Below are positions 26,401 through 37,000 of a stretch of DNA of 49,909 bases, one piece after another. Source of the DNA: a virus. The first letter of the stretch is position 1, and each line of letters opens with the position of its first letter. The stretch lies in IMG/VR virus record IMGVR_UViG_3300028837_003833, positions 1 to 49,909 of that record. One strand, written 5' to 3'. A program made the translations under genes and the position numbers. The notes beneath the pieces are model-generated. The model was not told the origin of the DNA, ran no database searches, and was given only the letters and a program-made list of their open reading frames with translations.

Positions 26401-27739
26401 CTTCAATCATTCTTTTTAAGCGATAACCTACCAAACCCTTCCAACCAGATCCTTTTACAGAAAAACCTTTATGTTCAGGAAGACTTTTTAAATGAAGAAC
26501 GATATCCTTTATTGCTTGTTTTAATAAGGGTTTACCTATAGGTATTATATCTGTATTACTATTTCTTTTCTTTTTTGCTATCTGATTAAGAAGATCATTT
26601 TTTCTATTTGATATAAACCCTATCGTTTCTTGAAATTTGACAAGATCTCTACCACAAAAATAAAGAATAAAATAAGGCTTTCTTTCTTCCCTTATTTTTA
26701 TATTTTTCTTTTTTAACCTTGATGTAATTCCAAAACTCAACAACAACAACTGTATTTGTTTTAAAAGTTCCTGAGATTTTGAAGAACAACTGATTATATT
26801 GTTTGATAGCTCTACACCACCATCCCCTTCAAAATATGCCCTTAAAAAAGCTCGAATAACCGACTTTGGGGACGACAAAATGGAATTAGGAACTGTTTGA
26901 TCACCTGATCGTGCATCAGGATTAATCCCTAAAAGTTCAAGTACTCGTACTATTTCCAAACTATTTATGGTTATTTCTTTTTTATAATTTAGAACATCTT
27001 CGGATTGACTATATCCAAAAACTTCTTGTAATAACTCACGTATCCGACTATTAATAGAAGAATCAAATTGTGTAATAACCACGGTATACTTACGGGGACA
27101 ATGCCCCTCTGATACATAGAAACCTAATAACTCTGCCAATGCCTCATCAAGATATCCTGGAATTTTATAATCTATAGAATGACTACTATCTTTTTTATAT
27201 GTAATATCAACATAAGTATCCGAAAATAAACCTTCCCTACAAATACAAACATAGTCTCCCACTTTTAGAGTATCTAATCGTTTGTATTCAAAAGAATCAA
27301 TATCCGGAGCATATATTGGATGGTGACCCAAACCTATTAATTCATAACCCTTCTGAGTTACTACCTTAATACCTTCTCTATCACCACAATAATACACAGC
27401 ATCAGGTCTAACCGCACCATTTATAGTAAGCAGCCCACAGTTACCTGAATACGGATAAAGAGTATCCTCTTTTGGGTTTTGTGGAATAAACTCTTCCAGT
27501 CTCTTAAAACCTTCAGTCGTGGGTAGGTAGGTATCTTTCGTTAAGCACTTACCTAAACCTACGCCGTCTCCCAAGACCATACGAGCGAGGGAAAGGAGAT
27601 GAAGAGCTCCTATTACTTGATAATCACGAAGTTTTGTTGTGGATTTGAGATATGAGCAAGGTTTTAAAGTTGCTTTTTTTGCCCGTCTGAGTTTTTTTAA
27701 AAATTCATAGTTAGACGGAATGCTAGCAAATGCAGCCAT
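23492..27739 (-). CDS. SNF2-family (DEAD/DEAH-like) helicase with two inteins
   Basis: LRDYQ (Q motif), GDGVGLGK|T (motif I), FDE|CQ (motif II), MSAT (III), IVFTRF, AGSAAINLQAA, QSIGRAQRIG (VI). Confidence 0.93.
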   Translation of the reverse strand: MAAFASIPSNYEFLKKLRRAKKATLKPCSYLKSTTKLRDYQVIGALHLLSLARMVLGDGVGLGKCLTKDTYLPTTEGFKRLEEFIPQNPKEDTLYPYSGNCGLLTINGAVRPDAVYYCGDREGIKVVTQKGYELIGLGHHPIYAPDIDSFEYKRLDTLKVGDYVCICREGLFSDTYVDITYKKDSSHSIDYKIPGYLDEALAELLGFYVSEGHCPRKYTVVITQFDSSINSRIRELLQEVFGYSQSEDVLNYKKEITINSLEIVRVLELLGINPDARSGDQTVPNSILSSPKSVIRAFLRAYFEGDGGVELSNNIISCSSKSQELLKQIQLLLLSFGITSRLKKKNIKIREERKPYFILYFCGRDLVKFQETIGFISNRKNDLLNQIAKKKRNSNTDIIPIGKPLLKQAIKDIVLHLKSLPEHKGFSVKGSGWKGLVGYRLKRMIEEVIYKKKRLTYDLLDSFMQAIATHNLKEVVSNYSILKFIQDKNYYFDKIVLVEEVRDTFADFHVPEEHNFVGNGFVNHNTLQMITSYVYRRMTEPKLKLIVATPKSAMQQWKEEFETFCVGITVHVLTNEFGEVRCKDPKTRRMKSTGQYGTIEELKAAGHKCCIIRGFAARKAQYQVIKADVLIVNYYAVKEDYKFIIENRLPTYQVAFDECFSYHTPITLADGTTELIGKIVSREMSVDVLSFNFETNKIEVKKVVSFFRNEAVRWYKVKRKRTLSVICSPNHGFYTSLGKKRADELIPGDIVYGVIKKITDIQKQIILGSLLGDGSIRYIKRLLQGLGTGVKMMQSRKRLDYLDFKKKLMSHHITFETIQKSGWNKEPMHTIGTECSTAITDIIRDLNIVNKSGKKVVSKKWLESLTPIGIAIWYCDDGSYSNRHGDKVTLSTHGFSKKENEIIIDYFRVTWGIEFIIVPQTKSGKKLYSLRANKDSSIKLLHLISDYIPPCMLYKSMLPCGGFWETYQVEDDGWERCEDVIEYSTPFEYSKKTFSRYKYNIEVEDNHSYFANNILVSNCQEFKNGKTKTWFGANEISDKATYCYGMSATIIKNRLEEAYFIYRVITPGIFPGKIAFLNEYAVRKKMSLWRKGKKRFFNKVVGYKNLGKFKQIIDPFFLARKTREVADELPRLISRKVILEMSEEQTQLYRKALSGELYCKLIREKYFKFESYYNNTAQPTEKEEKMYELLRIRYEESLTKEGLEKNKIAALSYCQLVSNGPGWLGEEGESSKETEFRRLFDQELSDEKTIVFTRFKTGIKRLSVILDDLGIKYTQITGDNNIQERNDSRKYFQDLKQDCKIIFITQAGSAAINLQAAGIILYYDTPWSYGDLYQSIGRAQRIGSIREHILLLHMVNQKTIDEHVLDILDSKKNLISEVIGDIAEGAIKFKDDEILFKDEEGIIDALYNSVFKKVA
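24686..25765 (-). mobile_element. Intein 2 in SNF2 Walker B (360 aa; LAGLIDADG_2-type)
   Basis: DE|CFSYHT ... YNIEVEDNHSYFANNILVSN|C; motifs ILGSLLGDG and IAIWYCDDG. Confidence 0.92.
26165..27547 (-). mobile_element. Intein 1 in SNF2 Walker A (461 aa; LAGLIDADG)
   Basis: GK|CLTKDT ... ADFHVPEEHNFVGNGFVNHN|T; motifs LLGFYVSEG and FLRAYFEGDG look intact. Confidence 0.93.
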
Positions 27740-27965
27740 CAGGTATATCTCCTGCTCAGATTTCCAGAAACGACTCTTATAAGACTATTAAATCTTATAC
27801 AAAGTCAAAAACAATTCCAAAAAAGACAGTTTGTCTTATAGGGGCTAATTCAAGCTAAATTCGGACTATCAAACTTGAACCTCAGATTTGTAACCCCTTG
27901 TCCACTCTAAAGATATGTAAGAATGGTTTACTTTTTAAGACTCTGTCGAAGCGATACTATTATTA

Positions 27966-27994
27966 AAACTATATACAAAAAAAATTGGTGTCAA
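27966..27994 (-). promoter_or_regulatory. Sigma70-type promoter TTGACA-N17-TAGTTT heading the replication operon
   Basis: -35 at 27989-27994, 17 nt spacer, TAGTTT at 27966-27971; shares ATATAGTTTT with the 7848 promoter. Confidence 0.75.
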
Positions 27995-28002
27995 CAGATT
28001 TA

Positions 28003-29187
28003 TTAAAGTTTTTCTAAATCTTGAAATTGCTGCATTACTTGTGCCATTTCATCATACTTTTTTGCTAAAGTTCGATTTTTAGTAGCTTGGGTTCTATACT
28101 TATCAACTTCAGATTTAGGATTAATACCAATACCTTTTACGGTTGTACTGGTTGTAGTTGCTTCCTCTTCCTTAGAAGCTTCTTCTCCCATATATCCTGC
28201 AAGTATTCTTCGCGCCATCCGCTGGATTTTATAATTCTCAGATGAAAATCGCTTTTTATTTTGTTCCATAGGACTCCCTGTTGGTTTTTCCAATACATCT
28301 CCTTTTACACTGTTCTTATTCTGCTCATCCACAGATTCAAAAGGAGATTTTTTTTCTATATCAGGACTTTCTTCTGTTTTATTTAATAAAGAGGGTTCAT
28401 TTGGATTCTCTTGCTCTTTTTTTTGTATTTTCTGAAGTACAGGTCCCACAACTTTATTAAATACCGCCTGACCTCCCATATAATGACCTCCCGGTACATC
28501 ATCATTTTTAGGAATATCAAAATTAGGAAGAAGAAGCTGATTTAAATTAGTTGCCCAAATACGGTATTCATCAAAAATCTTCGAGAAATCAGAAAAATTA
28601 ATAAATTTCCCTGCTGGTCGAGTTCGATTCAATAAAACATTCCCAATATTATTTGGAGGATCCTGATCTGAGAAAAGGGACTCTCCCGAATTATCTATAT
28701 TAATAACCCCAGAATTACCTCGTTTATCAGAATAAAGTATAAGATCTGCTTCAAAATTCTCTATAGTAGCATTCGATTCTTCAGGATAAACTTTTTCACT
28801 ACCCATTATCTTTGTACCCATAGGAGTTAAATCAGCTTCATAAACTGTTAAAGTATTACCATCTTGAGAATACTGGGTAGTAGCTATAATCACCTTTTTC
28901 CAGCTAAAATAATCAGCAAAATATTTACCAGTGTTTCCTCCCTGGAGTTTTTTTATTAAAGCATCTCTTTCCGGAGTATCACTATCCAGGATCTCTGAAA
29001 GATAACCAAATTTTATGCTATTTTCAGGAGGAGCATCAAAAAAATAATAGCGCCATCTCTGTACTGGTTTATCAATATTTTGTTCAGGATGACCTGATAT
29101 ACCCTGCTGCGGATTCATAGAAGAGGGTTCATCATCAGCCGCTACAATATTTCTTAAAACATTATTGAGAATTTTCTTACTTATCAT
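28003..29187 (-). CDS. Hypothetical protein, possibly virion-associated (394 aa)
   Basis: Long ORF 1 nt after the upstream stop; low-complexity acidic C-terminal third. Confidence 0.75.
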   Translation of the reverse strand: MISKKILNNVLRNIVAADDEPSSMNPQQGISGHPEQNIDKPVQRWRYYFFDAPPENSIKFGYLSEILDSDTPERDALIKKLQGGNTGKYFADYFSWKKVIIATTQYSQDGNTLTVYEADLTPMGTKIMGSEKVYPEESNATIENFEADLILYSDKRGNSGVINIDNSGESLFSDQDPPNNIGNVLLNRTRPAGKFINFSDFSKIFDEYRIWATNLNQLLLPNFDIPKNDDVPGGHYMGGQAVFNKVVGPVLQKIQKKEQENPNEPSLLNKTEESPDIEKKSPFESVDEQNKNSVKGDVLEKPTGSPMEQNKKRFSSENYKIQRMARRILAGYMGEEASKEEEATTTSTTVKGIGINPKSEVDKYRTQATKNRTLAKKYDEMAQVMQQFQDLEKL

Positions 29188-29188
29188 A

Positions 29189-32100
29189 TTAACCTCTAAT
29201 TATAGGTCTTCCTACTATTTCAAAAATATCTACAACATCTTTATCTAAAAATGGGTTCAAAAGATTTTCCGTATCAATAATAGTTTCACCAGCTACTATC
29301 ATAAGAAATATCTTACCCATAAGATTTGAATTATTATAATTATTATCAATTGATTTATATCCCTTACCCGATCTCATAAATAAATAGAATTGATAAACTT
29401 TCTTATTATGACCTGTAGATAAAGAAACCGTTTCTGGATATATAACATAAGGTCTACCCTCACCTACCTTAAATAATGAATAACCACTATCAGTTAACTT
29501 AAAGTCATTTCTTCCACGCTTTGCTCCTGTATTAGATCCAACCGTAAAATCATTTGTCATAGCATTTAAAGGATCTTGGAGTTTTCTTTTTGCAAATGTC
29601 ATAAGGATATTATCTGGATTAGAACCAATCTCTAAAGGATCAGAATAACAAGTATAATCCGTAATGTTTGTCGTGGAAACCATACTCAATGCCGGAAGTC
29701 TATCTACTATATTAGAAATAATATCATTAGGAATATCCAATCGAACTATTTCATAATTAGCATCTAATACTGTTGCCTCTTTATATTTTTCTGCTAATGT
29801 AATAGAAGTATCTGATCCAACCGTAAGAATCCTATAAAAATAAGAAGAATCTTCTAATCTTATATAATCCCCCGCTTGAGCAAAATCTACCCATGATGTA
29901 TTTGTGCCAACAACACTTCGAGAACCCTGTGTAAAATCTGCGATATCTCCAAAAGTAACATCACTACTAAGAACATAGTCAACAATGGCACCTGATCCTG
30001 AAGTAGTTATAACTGCTGAATTATCATCTATGACTTTTCCGTAAATAGAATCAGTTGTAGTATTAAGCATACCCTGATAAGGAATAGTCTTATAGTAAAA
30101 ATTATAGGGATCTTCACCAAGTGTTACATAACTATGTACTAGTACCGGGACTCTCAATTTAACTAAACCTGAGGCTGCTTCTACTTTCATTATTGTAGGT
30201 AAAAATTCTGAAGTATACGTAGTATCATCTAAAATAGGATAAATAGAATTATCCGAAATATTTGTAATTTCAACTTCATCATTACCATCAAATTCATAAG
30301 CAAATGGAGTACCTTCTACGAAACCCATAGAGGTTACTGCTTTAGTTGCTATCTTGATAATGGGTTTGTCACCTGTATCAAGAGTATACTCTCCCGCAAC
30401 TCCCTCTACTGCAATAGCTTCTATAAGCTCATAAGTATCAATTATACCCTTACCTTGTTTAGACAACTCAAAAAATTTAACAGAATCGGTGATAGAATAA
30501 GTGTCTCCAACATCCTCTATGAACTTACTACCGGTATAAAGTGTAATAATAACATCAGTACTAGGATAGCTCGCCGTGGTGATTATATAATCTGTGATAG
30601 CATATGGAGTAGTAGTAATCATTCTTTCTGAAGTAAAGTCAATAAGAACATCTCCAGCTTCTACTGATTTTACTCCAAGGATATAATATTCATTATATTT
30701 ACTATCATCAAGCGTAAGTGTAACAGTGCCTGTCAATGAAGTAGTTCTATGAATAATAAGTTCATGACCAAAATTTGAAAGTTCAGTATAATTACCCCCA
30801 CAATAATGAATCTTATCAAGAACATTAATATCTCCTGGATACCCATACTCACCAGGACTCGCTCCAAAATTAAGTAGTTCTGGTGTACTTTCATTATTAT
30901 GTTTTAATAATACATCGTTATCACGAGTAGCAATAGTAACGGTATCATCTTTATTTATTTCAATAAATTCTTTTGGGATATCTTTAAATCCATATGAAGA
31001 GGAATCATACTTAAAAGTAAATTCCATAAATAAGCTGCTACTTGTTCCTACTATAGAATCAGAACCTGTGTCTGCTACAGTGATACTCGTACCATCAGAA
31101 GTCACACCACTAACCAAACCCTGATCAGGAGAATAAAATCCGTCTACTAATACTATTGTACCTGAAGGGAGTGTCACCTTGGATGCTATAGTAAATGTTC
31201 CTGCTGCCCAAACACCCACATTATTTATTTGTATAATATTGTGATCATGAGTTATTTCCGCATTACAAAAAGCACGACGTTTAAAAGTACTTCCACTAGT
31301 AGCAGAACCATCTCCAATACTAGGAATACCACTGATACTATTTACTCGTTCTATCTTTAATACAGTATTACCACCTGAACTTGGAGGAATAATATACCCA
31401 TCCTCTCCAAAACCTTTTCTAAATACCGTAGCTAATTCTCCAGCCATTAGTTTACTAATAGTAGAATCAGCAATACTTTTAATACTTTCAGAAATAACAA
31501 TTTTATGCCTTAAATCTACGATATCATCCTTATAAATAATATCAACTGCTTTATCATCAGGACGATCAGATCTATATCCTAATGCCATCATATCTTTAGT
31601 AACCATAGTATTATCGATCGTAGTAGAGACAAATTCATCAGTCGACAATACTCTTCGATATACAATGAACATTGGGATAGCATAAACATATCCATCAACT
31701 GTACTTAAAAATGCTTCATCAGTTGATGAGCCATCTCCAGAAATATATAGACCAGGATCAGATGATCCATAAGGTTCAAAAGGCTTGGTTGTTGCTGGAG
31801 AAGTTCTTCCTCCCCATGGATAAATAGGAATAAGATCAAATATTTCTTTGGTTACATCTGTTATTATTGATGTTATTTTCTTAGATCTTATACGATACTG
31901 TATTTGTACCCTTTTAGTAGTCTCACAACCTATTACAGGCCATTCAATTTCATTATCAGAATAAGGATTTGTAAGAACATTTCCGTAAGGATAAATATCA
32001 TCATCAGTCCCTACTAATTTCCTCCATACTTCAAGATATACAAATTCAGACGATTGATTAGTAGGATCATTCAAGATAATTAGATTATTATTATCAGAAC

Positions 32101-32440
32101 TATTCGTTGATTGAACAAGAATAGGCCATCCATTAACTATAGCAATATTATTATTTAATGATGCCAATTTAAAACTATTAGCAGTATACGTACTGGAACA
32201 TAAAACATTCCCAGTACGAGCATCTGCTTCAACAGGATCCTGAAGAATATCATCAATATGCAACCACCCGGATGGTAATGATGCTTTTGCAAGACTTTGT
32301 ATCTTCTCATTACCAATTTGATTTATAAGATTCCACTCTGAAGTTAAAGGAGGATGCCTGTACTGAAATACTACATTATCCAGATTTCTATCTTTAACAT
32401 CAAGCACACGGGTCTGCTGATCACCAAAATATTCTGCCAT
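29189..32440 (-). CDS. Large virion structural protein (baseplate/tail fibre-associated; DUF6519-like N-terminus), 1083 aa
   Basis: VVFQYRHPPLTSEWNL, VYLEVWR, ETTKRVQIQYRIR, VDGYVYAIPM..V.RR, RPD; T/S/D-rich beta composition. Confidence 0.7.
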   Translation of the reverse strand: MAEYFGDQQTRVLDVKDRNLDNVVFQYRHPPLTSEWNLINQIGNEKIQSLAKASLPSGWLHIDDILQDPVEADARTGNVLCSSTYTANSFKLASLNNNIAIVNGWPILVQSTNSSDNNNLIILNDPTNQSSEFVYLEVWRKLVGTDDDIYPYGNVLTNPYSDNEIEWPVIGCETTKRVQIQYRIRSKKITSIITDVTKEIFDLIPIYPWGGRTSPATTKPFEPYGSSDPGLYISGDGSSTDEAFLSTVDGYVYAIPMFIVYRRVLSTDEFVSTTIDNTMVTKDMMALGYRSDRPDDKAVDIIYKDDIVDLRHKIVISESIKSIADSTISKLMAGELATVFRKGFGEDGYIIPPSSGGNTVLKIERVNSISGIPSIGDGSATSGSTFKRRAFCNAEITHDHNIIQINNVGVWAAGTFTIASKVTLPSGTIVLVDGFYSPDQGLVSGVTSDGTSITVADTGSDSIVGTSSSLFMEFTFKYDSSSYGFKDIPKEFIEINKDDTVTIATRDNDVLLKHNNESTPELLNFGASPGEYGYPGDINVLDKIHYCGGNYTELSNFGHELIIHRTTSLTGTVTLTLDDSKYNEYYILGVKSVEAGDVLIDFTSERMITTTPYAITDYIITTASYPSTDVIITLYTGSKFIEDVGDTYSITDSVKFFELSKQGKGIIDTYELIEAIAVEGVAGEYTLDTGDKPIIKIATKAVTSMGFVEGTPFAYEFDGNDEVEITNISDNSIYPILDDTTYTSEFLPTIMKVEAASGLVKLRVPVLVHSYVTLGEDPYNFYYKTIPYQGMLNTTTDSIYGKVIDDNSAVITTSGSGAIVDYVLSSDVTFGDIADFTQGSRSVVGTNTSWVDFAQAGDYIRLEDSSYFYRILTVGSDTSITLAEKYKEATVLDANYEIVRLDIPNDIISNIVDRLPALSMVSTTNITDYTCYSDPLEIGSNPDNILMTFAKRKLQDPLNAMTNDFTVGSNTGAKRGRNDFKLTDSGYSLFKVGEGRPYVIYPETVSLSTGHNKKVYQFYLFMRSGKGYKSIDNNYNNSNLMGKIFLMIVAGETIIDTENLLNPFLDKDVVDIFEIVGRPIIRG

Positions 32441-32454
32441 ATTTTTTACCTTAT

Positions 32455-33414
32455 TCAGTTTTTACTGATGAAGTTATGCCTCATCATATCCAAAGGATAT
32501 ATTATTTCTTGTTCAAATTGAGGAACCTTAAGAGCAAATAAAATAAGATTCTTATAGTCAAGTTTAAGATCTTGGAACATATCCGCATTTATAAACCAAT
32601 TTGCGGGGTAAGAAGTATTCTTTTTAAAAACCTCATCAATGTACACAAAATTTGAAAGCATTAATAGGACATCAGAAACAATAGATTTTATCTTCTCAAA
32701 ACTATGAATAATATTAGGTATTAAAACAGTACTTATTACCTTCTTTTCTTCATCATAAACATTAAAAAGAGGTAACTCTAATTTATGTGTAAAACTGTCT
32801 ATTGATTTTAAGATAATGCTTGTATAAAATTCGATTTTCTCCCAATCTTCATTCTCCATTGCAGAATCTCTCATCTTTTCTAAAATCTGCTGAGTGGGTT
32901 TAGCTCCCCACATACTATCTACAAGTTTACCACAGGTAATAGAGAGTATATCCTCTCGACAAACTTTCAAGGTCTCATTAATGTCATGAATAATCTGTGA
33001 AAAATTCCTTATCTTTTTTAAAAACTTTTCCGGAGCAAAAGCCTCTTCAAAATCTAATTTAACTGGAAAATTATGAGGAATCTCCATAGATTGATTTATT
33101 ATTTTTATAGAAGAACCTAAATCTTTTTTTATACCACTAAGAATAGTATCTGATAATTTTGCCCCCTTTAACAAATAAGTTTGAATAGAATTCGGTTTTT
33201 GATTATCTAATCCACTAGTTATTAAATCTTTAATCAAATGAGCTATTTTATCATAATCAGTTCCTGTATCCTTACAATCAATAACATCATAACCATTTAT
33301 AGAAATATTCGATAATTTATTCTTAGTATTCAAACCATAACAATTACTTCCCGCTTTAAATTGAGCAATTACCTTAGAGCTAGAGGATTTGATATTTCGT
33401 AATAAATGTTTCAT
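32455..33414 (-). CDS. Hypothetical protein (319 aa)
   Basis: Long ORF within the structural operon; no motif recognised. Confidence 0.75.
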   Translation of the reverse strand: MKHLLRNIKSSSSKVIAQFKAGSNCYGLNTKNKLSNISINGYDVIDCKDTGTDYDKIAHLIKDLITSGLDNQKPNSIQTYLLKGAKLSDTILSGIKKDLGSSIKIINQSMEIPHNFPVKLDFEEAFAPEKFLKKIRNFSQIIHDINETLKVCREDILSITCGKLVDSMWGAKPTQQILEKMRDSAMENEDWEKIEFYTSIILKSIDSFTHKLELPLFNVYDEEKKVISTVLIPNIIHSFEKIKSIVSDVLLMLSNFVYIDEVFKKNTSYPANWFINADMFQDLKLDYKNLILFALKVPQFEQEIIYPLDMMRHNFISKN

Positions 33415-33417
33415 ACG

Positions 33418-34005
33418 TTATGACGTTATTCTAAAGATAACCGTTATAGACATCGTAGAAGTTTTATTAATAACCGGAAAAGTTCTCCAATTGATCATCG
33501 TACCAGTATTCAATTCGACTGTAGCATCTCCACCAAATAATGCCATTTCAACAATAGGACCTACCGCTTCACCTTCACCAAATGTCACAGCATAATCAAC
33601 TATGTTCGTGTAAGCATTTGTAGGCTCACCAGTTTCTGGATGAACATATGTAGATACTTCAATAGCCTTACGTGAGAATTCATTCTCAAGCTCGATCTGT
33701 GACGTCGTAGGAGCCGGTGGATCGAACAAATCCCACTCACCACTACCACTACCGACAGCAAGATACGATATTCCATTCTGAGGCTCTGAGTTATCTTTAA
33801 GAAGACGAGAAATAAGGATTGAAGCTGTATTGACTATAATATTCGTTTTATGATAGTCATATACTAATTTCCCACCAAGATTCCAATCATAGGCTTTAAG
33901 GAATAATTCGCCACTCATTCCTGATATCACTTCCTTCTCCCGAATAACAGGCTTGATGCTGAACATGTTCAACATTCTTTTAGTTTTTTCCCTGAAAAAG
34001 CTCAT
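33418..34005 (-). CDS. Putative baseplate / tail-collar protein (195 aa)
   Basis: NIIVN...ISYLAVGSG...LENEFSRK...F..GEAVGPIVEMALF...RTFPVINK pattern typical of myophage tail-fibre attachment proteins. Confidence 0.65.
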   Translation of the reverse strand: MSFFREKTKRMLNMFSIKPVIREKEVISGMSGELFLKAYDWNLGGKLVYDYHKTNIIVNTASILISRLLKDNSEPQNGISYLAVGSGSGEWDLFDPPAPTTSQIELENEFSRKAIEVSTYVHPETGEPTNAYTNIVDYAVTFGEGEAVGPIVEMALFGGDATVELNTGTMINWRTFPVINKTSTMSITVIFRITS

Positions 34006-34073
34006 AAAAATTCCTTTGGATATTTTATCTTAAACTATATAGATAGTATTTAGTATCAACAGATTATTACCAA

Positions 34074-37000
34074 TTAGATTGGTATAAGCTGTTGTACCTC
34101 TATTATTCTAAATAATTCATCATGCATTAATTCACGTATTAATAACTTATTAATTTTATAATTAGTATCACTTAATCCCCAATCAGGATAATCTACAACA
34201 GGATTTGCTGACCTTCTTATAGCATCAACTTGATCCATAGTTAATAATATAAGACCCTCAGGATACAGTGTTGCAGGTTGACTATCATATATAGTTTCAG
34301 TAGATGTAATAAGAGATCCAGAAAAACGTAATTCCCTTAACGTTCCTAAATTAACATTCCAAAATCCCATAAAAATATTATCACCAATATCATCCATCAT
34401 ATTTAAAGGATCTTCTATCAATATCCCCGATGGTGTCAAATTTACAATAATCATATCCTGATCAAAATTTCTCCACTGTACCCGATATTCTGCTTCACTA
34501 TAAGAGATATAAATACCGGTATCTCCTGATGGTATTGTATAAACATCATAATCATCAAGAGTTCTTGGATTAGCATATTCAACAGGTCCTGTTATACCAA
34601 GATTTAATGATCCTGAAGGACCTGTTACTCCTACTATCCCAGTGCATCCTATTGAATTTCCCTCAGCATCTATAATATTAGAGGTTAAGACTATACCCGT
34701 AACTCCCTTTGATCTATTAGTGATATAGGTCTTTCCATCTATAAGATAAGATTCAATATCATAATAACTAACTGCAGGATGACTAATCCAAGGATTATCG
34801 GGGTTCCTTGGGTATGGATCAGGATCTGGATCCGGAAAGCTTAAATAATAATCAAGAGGATAATGAGATACTTGCTCTTCTGTTAAACTATAATTATATC
34901 CTGAGAATCCAAGGAAGAGTTGACGATTTACATTTCCATAAATACAACCGGTCTCCCCATATCCTCCAGCAAGCCCTACATCAACAGCATATGTTTTGCT
35001 TCTTGTAAGAACATACGAATACTCTCCAGAAGTTCCATCATAAGGCTTACTAAAACGTCCTGTTTCAAAATCGATTATTTCTATAAGAGTATATTCCAAA
35101 TCCTTATAAACAGTCTCCCAACTCCCATGATCCGGATCAGGAGGACCAATATAACCAAGTTCTTTTACCCATTCTTGAAAAGGGACATTCTTTATACTAA
35201 GCACATCCCCTATATTAAGAGATTTAAAGTTAACTGTTTCACTCTTTACAATATCTGATCCATTAAGTACCATAATATCCCCATACCGGATTTCTGTAGG
35301 CACTTGATTAATATAATCGAGATAATCGTTTATCCTTATCTCACGATCAGGGAAATATTGATCAATGTAAGTAAATCTAAAAGGTATAGAAGTCTTTGCA
35401 TCATCGATAGTAGCTAAAGGAGCATCATAACCACTGTTACTATGCTCTACTATTTTAAGATCAGAGTATAAATTAATTTTCTCTTTTGTCGTAAAATCGC
35501 AAATAGCATTATAATCTATAATACCCGAATCATCTGGTTCAATAATCGTAAAAGAAGCGGAAAGATCCATACCTCCATCATAATCAGGATCATACGTATC
35601 AGTTTCTTCAGGGAGAAGAAAAGTCTTATGATGACCATCATCTGTATATGTCTTTGCAAAAATAGGAGTACCAGGATTTAAAGTAGTTACTGCAGGTAAA
35701 TTTTTAGTAAGATACTTATCATTAAGTTTTATATTTTTATCTGTATCAGTAAGATACTCTGGACTGAATATAAGACCATACCTACTTATATTACTAGGTC
35801 CGTTGTTAAAAGATGCTCTACCATCTTGTCTCTGATAATCATTTAAAATTAAACTTTCAGAATTAAGTACCGATGAACTAGATAAACTAAAAGCACGATA
35901 GCGATAACCTATCTTAAGTAATGTATCCCACTCCCAGTAAGGTTTATTCCATTCATCCGGATTTTGATCAACAAGCATAGTATGCTTATTTACTGAACTA
36001 TAAATTGTATCTGGAGTATAAGAACTCGATCCATAATATTCACTACCAGTTACAACAGGAGCATCAGGCAACATCAGATAATTGCGTTTTTGGCTAGTGT
36101 AATAGTAATCAAATTTTATGTACGTATTTACCGGAGGAAGAAAATTTATCCGGACATGACCCAATAATGGTCGGACATCTGTTACTGCTCCAGGCTGATC
36201 AACAAAATTTATTATTGTATATGAATATTCTGCCCCAAGAGTAGGAAGCAAATTAGGCACAATACATGTATTAAGAACAGTGTCGATAGATTCAACATAA
36301 TAAATATGCGTATTATCTAAGTAATTAGTTATAGCGATGATAATCATATCACCATTTGTTACACCAGCCCAAGAAAGACCTATACTCTGAAGAGTTGATT
36401 CTTCATTATCAGTATCAAGATTTATAACTCTTAAGGTACCATTAACTATTGGAGATCCTAATGACACTATAATATCTTCTGCAGCAGCAAGTTCCCCCAT
36501 TTGATTCAACATTGGGAAATTATTAGTTTGATAGTCAAGACTATCCCCATAAAGAGCATTGTTGGTAACCTCAAAAGGCCATGTTAAACGAGGGACTATC
36601 GAATCTGTCCCTATAACGGTAAATATTCCCGGGAGATCTCCAGGAATAGGAGTCGGTATTTCAGCTCTTATCTGTCTTAAATAATATACAGGATCTGGAT
36701 ATCTTTTAGCGAAATAATAATCTATGCGTAATTTAGTATTAAAAGGGGGTAAAAAATTTAACCCCACAATACCATTCCAAGGATCAAGGTACGTTACAGC
36801 ATTGCTTATTAACCTACCATTTAAATAAACTACAATATCAGAGATTTCTGCAGGTTTCCCATCACTTCCAAGCATAGGAAGCAAAGGCATTGTATATGTA
36901 TTCGGATCAGAGGAAAGATAATACCAAGCTCCTACATCGAAAGCTCCTTCTGGAGGATCGACTACTTCAAATTCATAAGTAGTATTAAAAAATCCAGAAG

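Noticed and set aside
16016-27739. Group I introns in polA or the helicase
   Set aside because: The insertions are in-frame, start with Cys and end with Asn before Thr/Cys, i.e. inteins.
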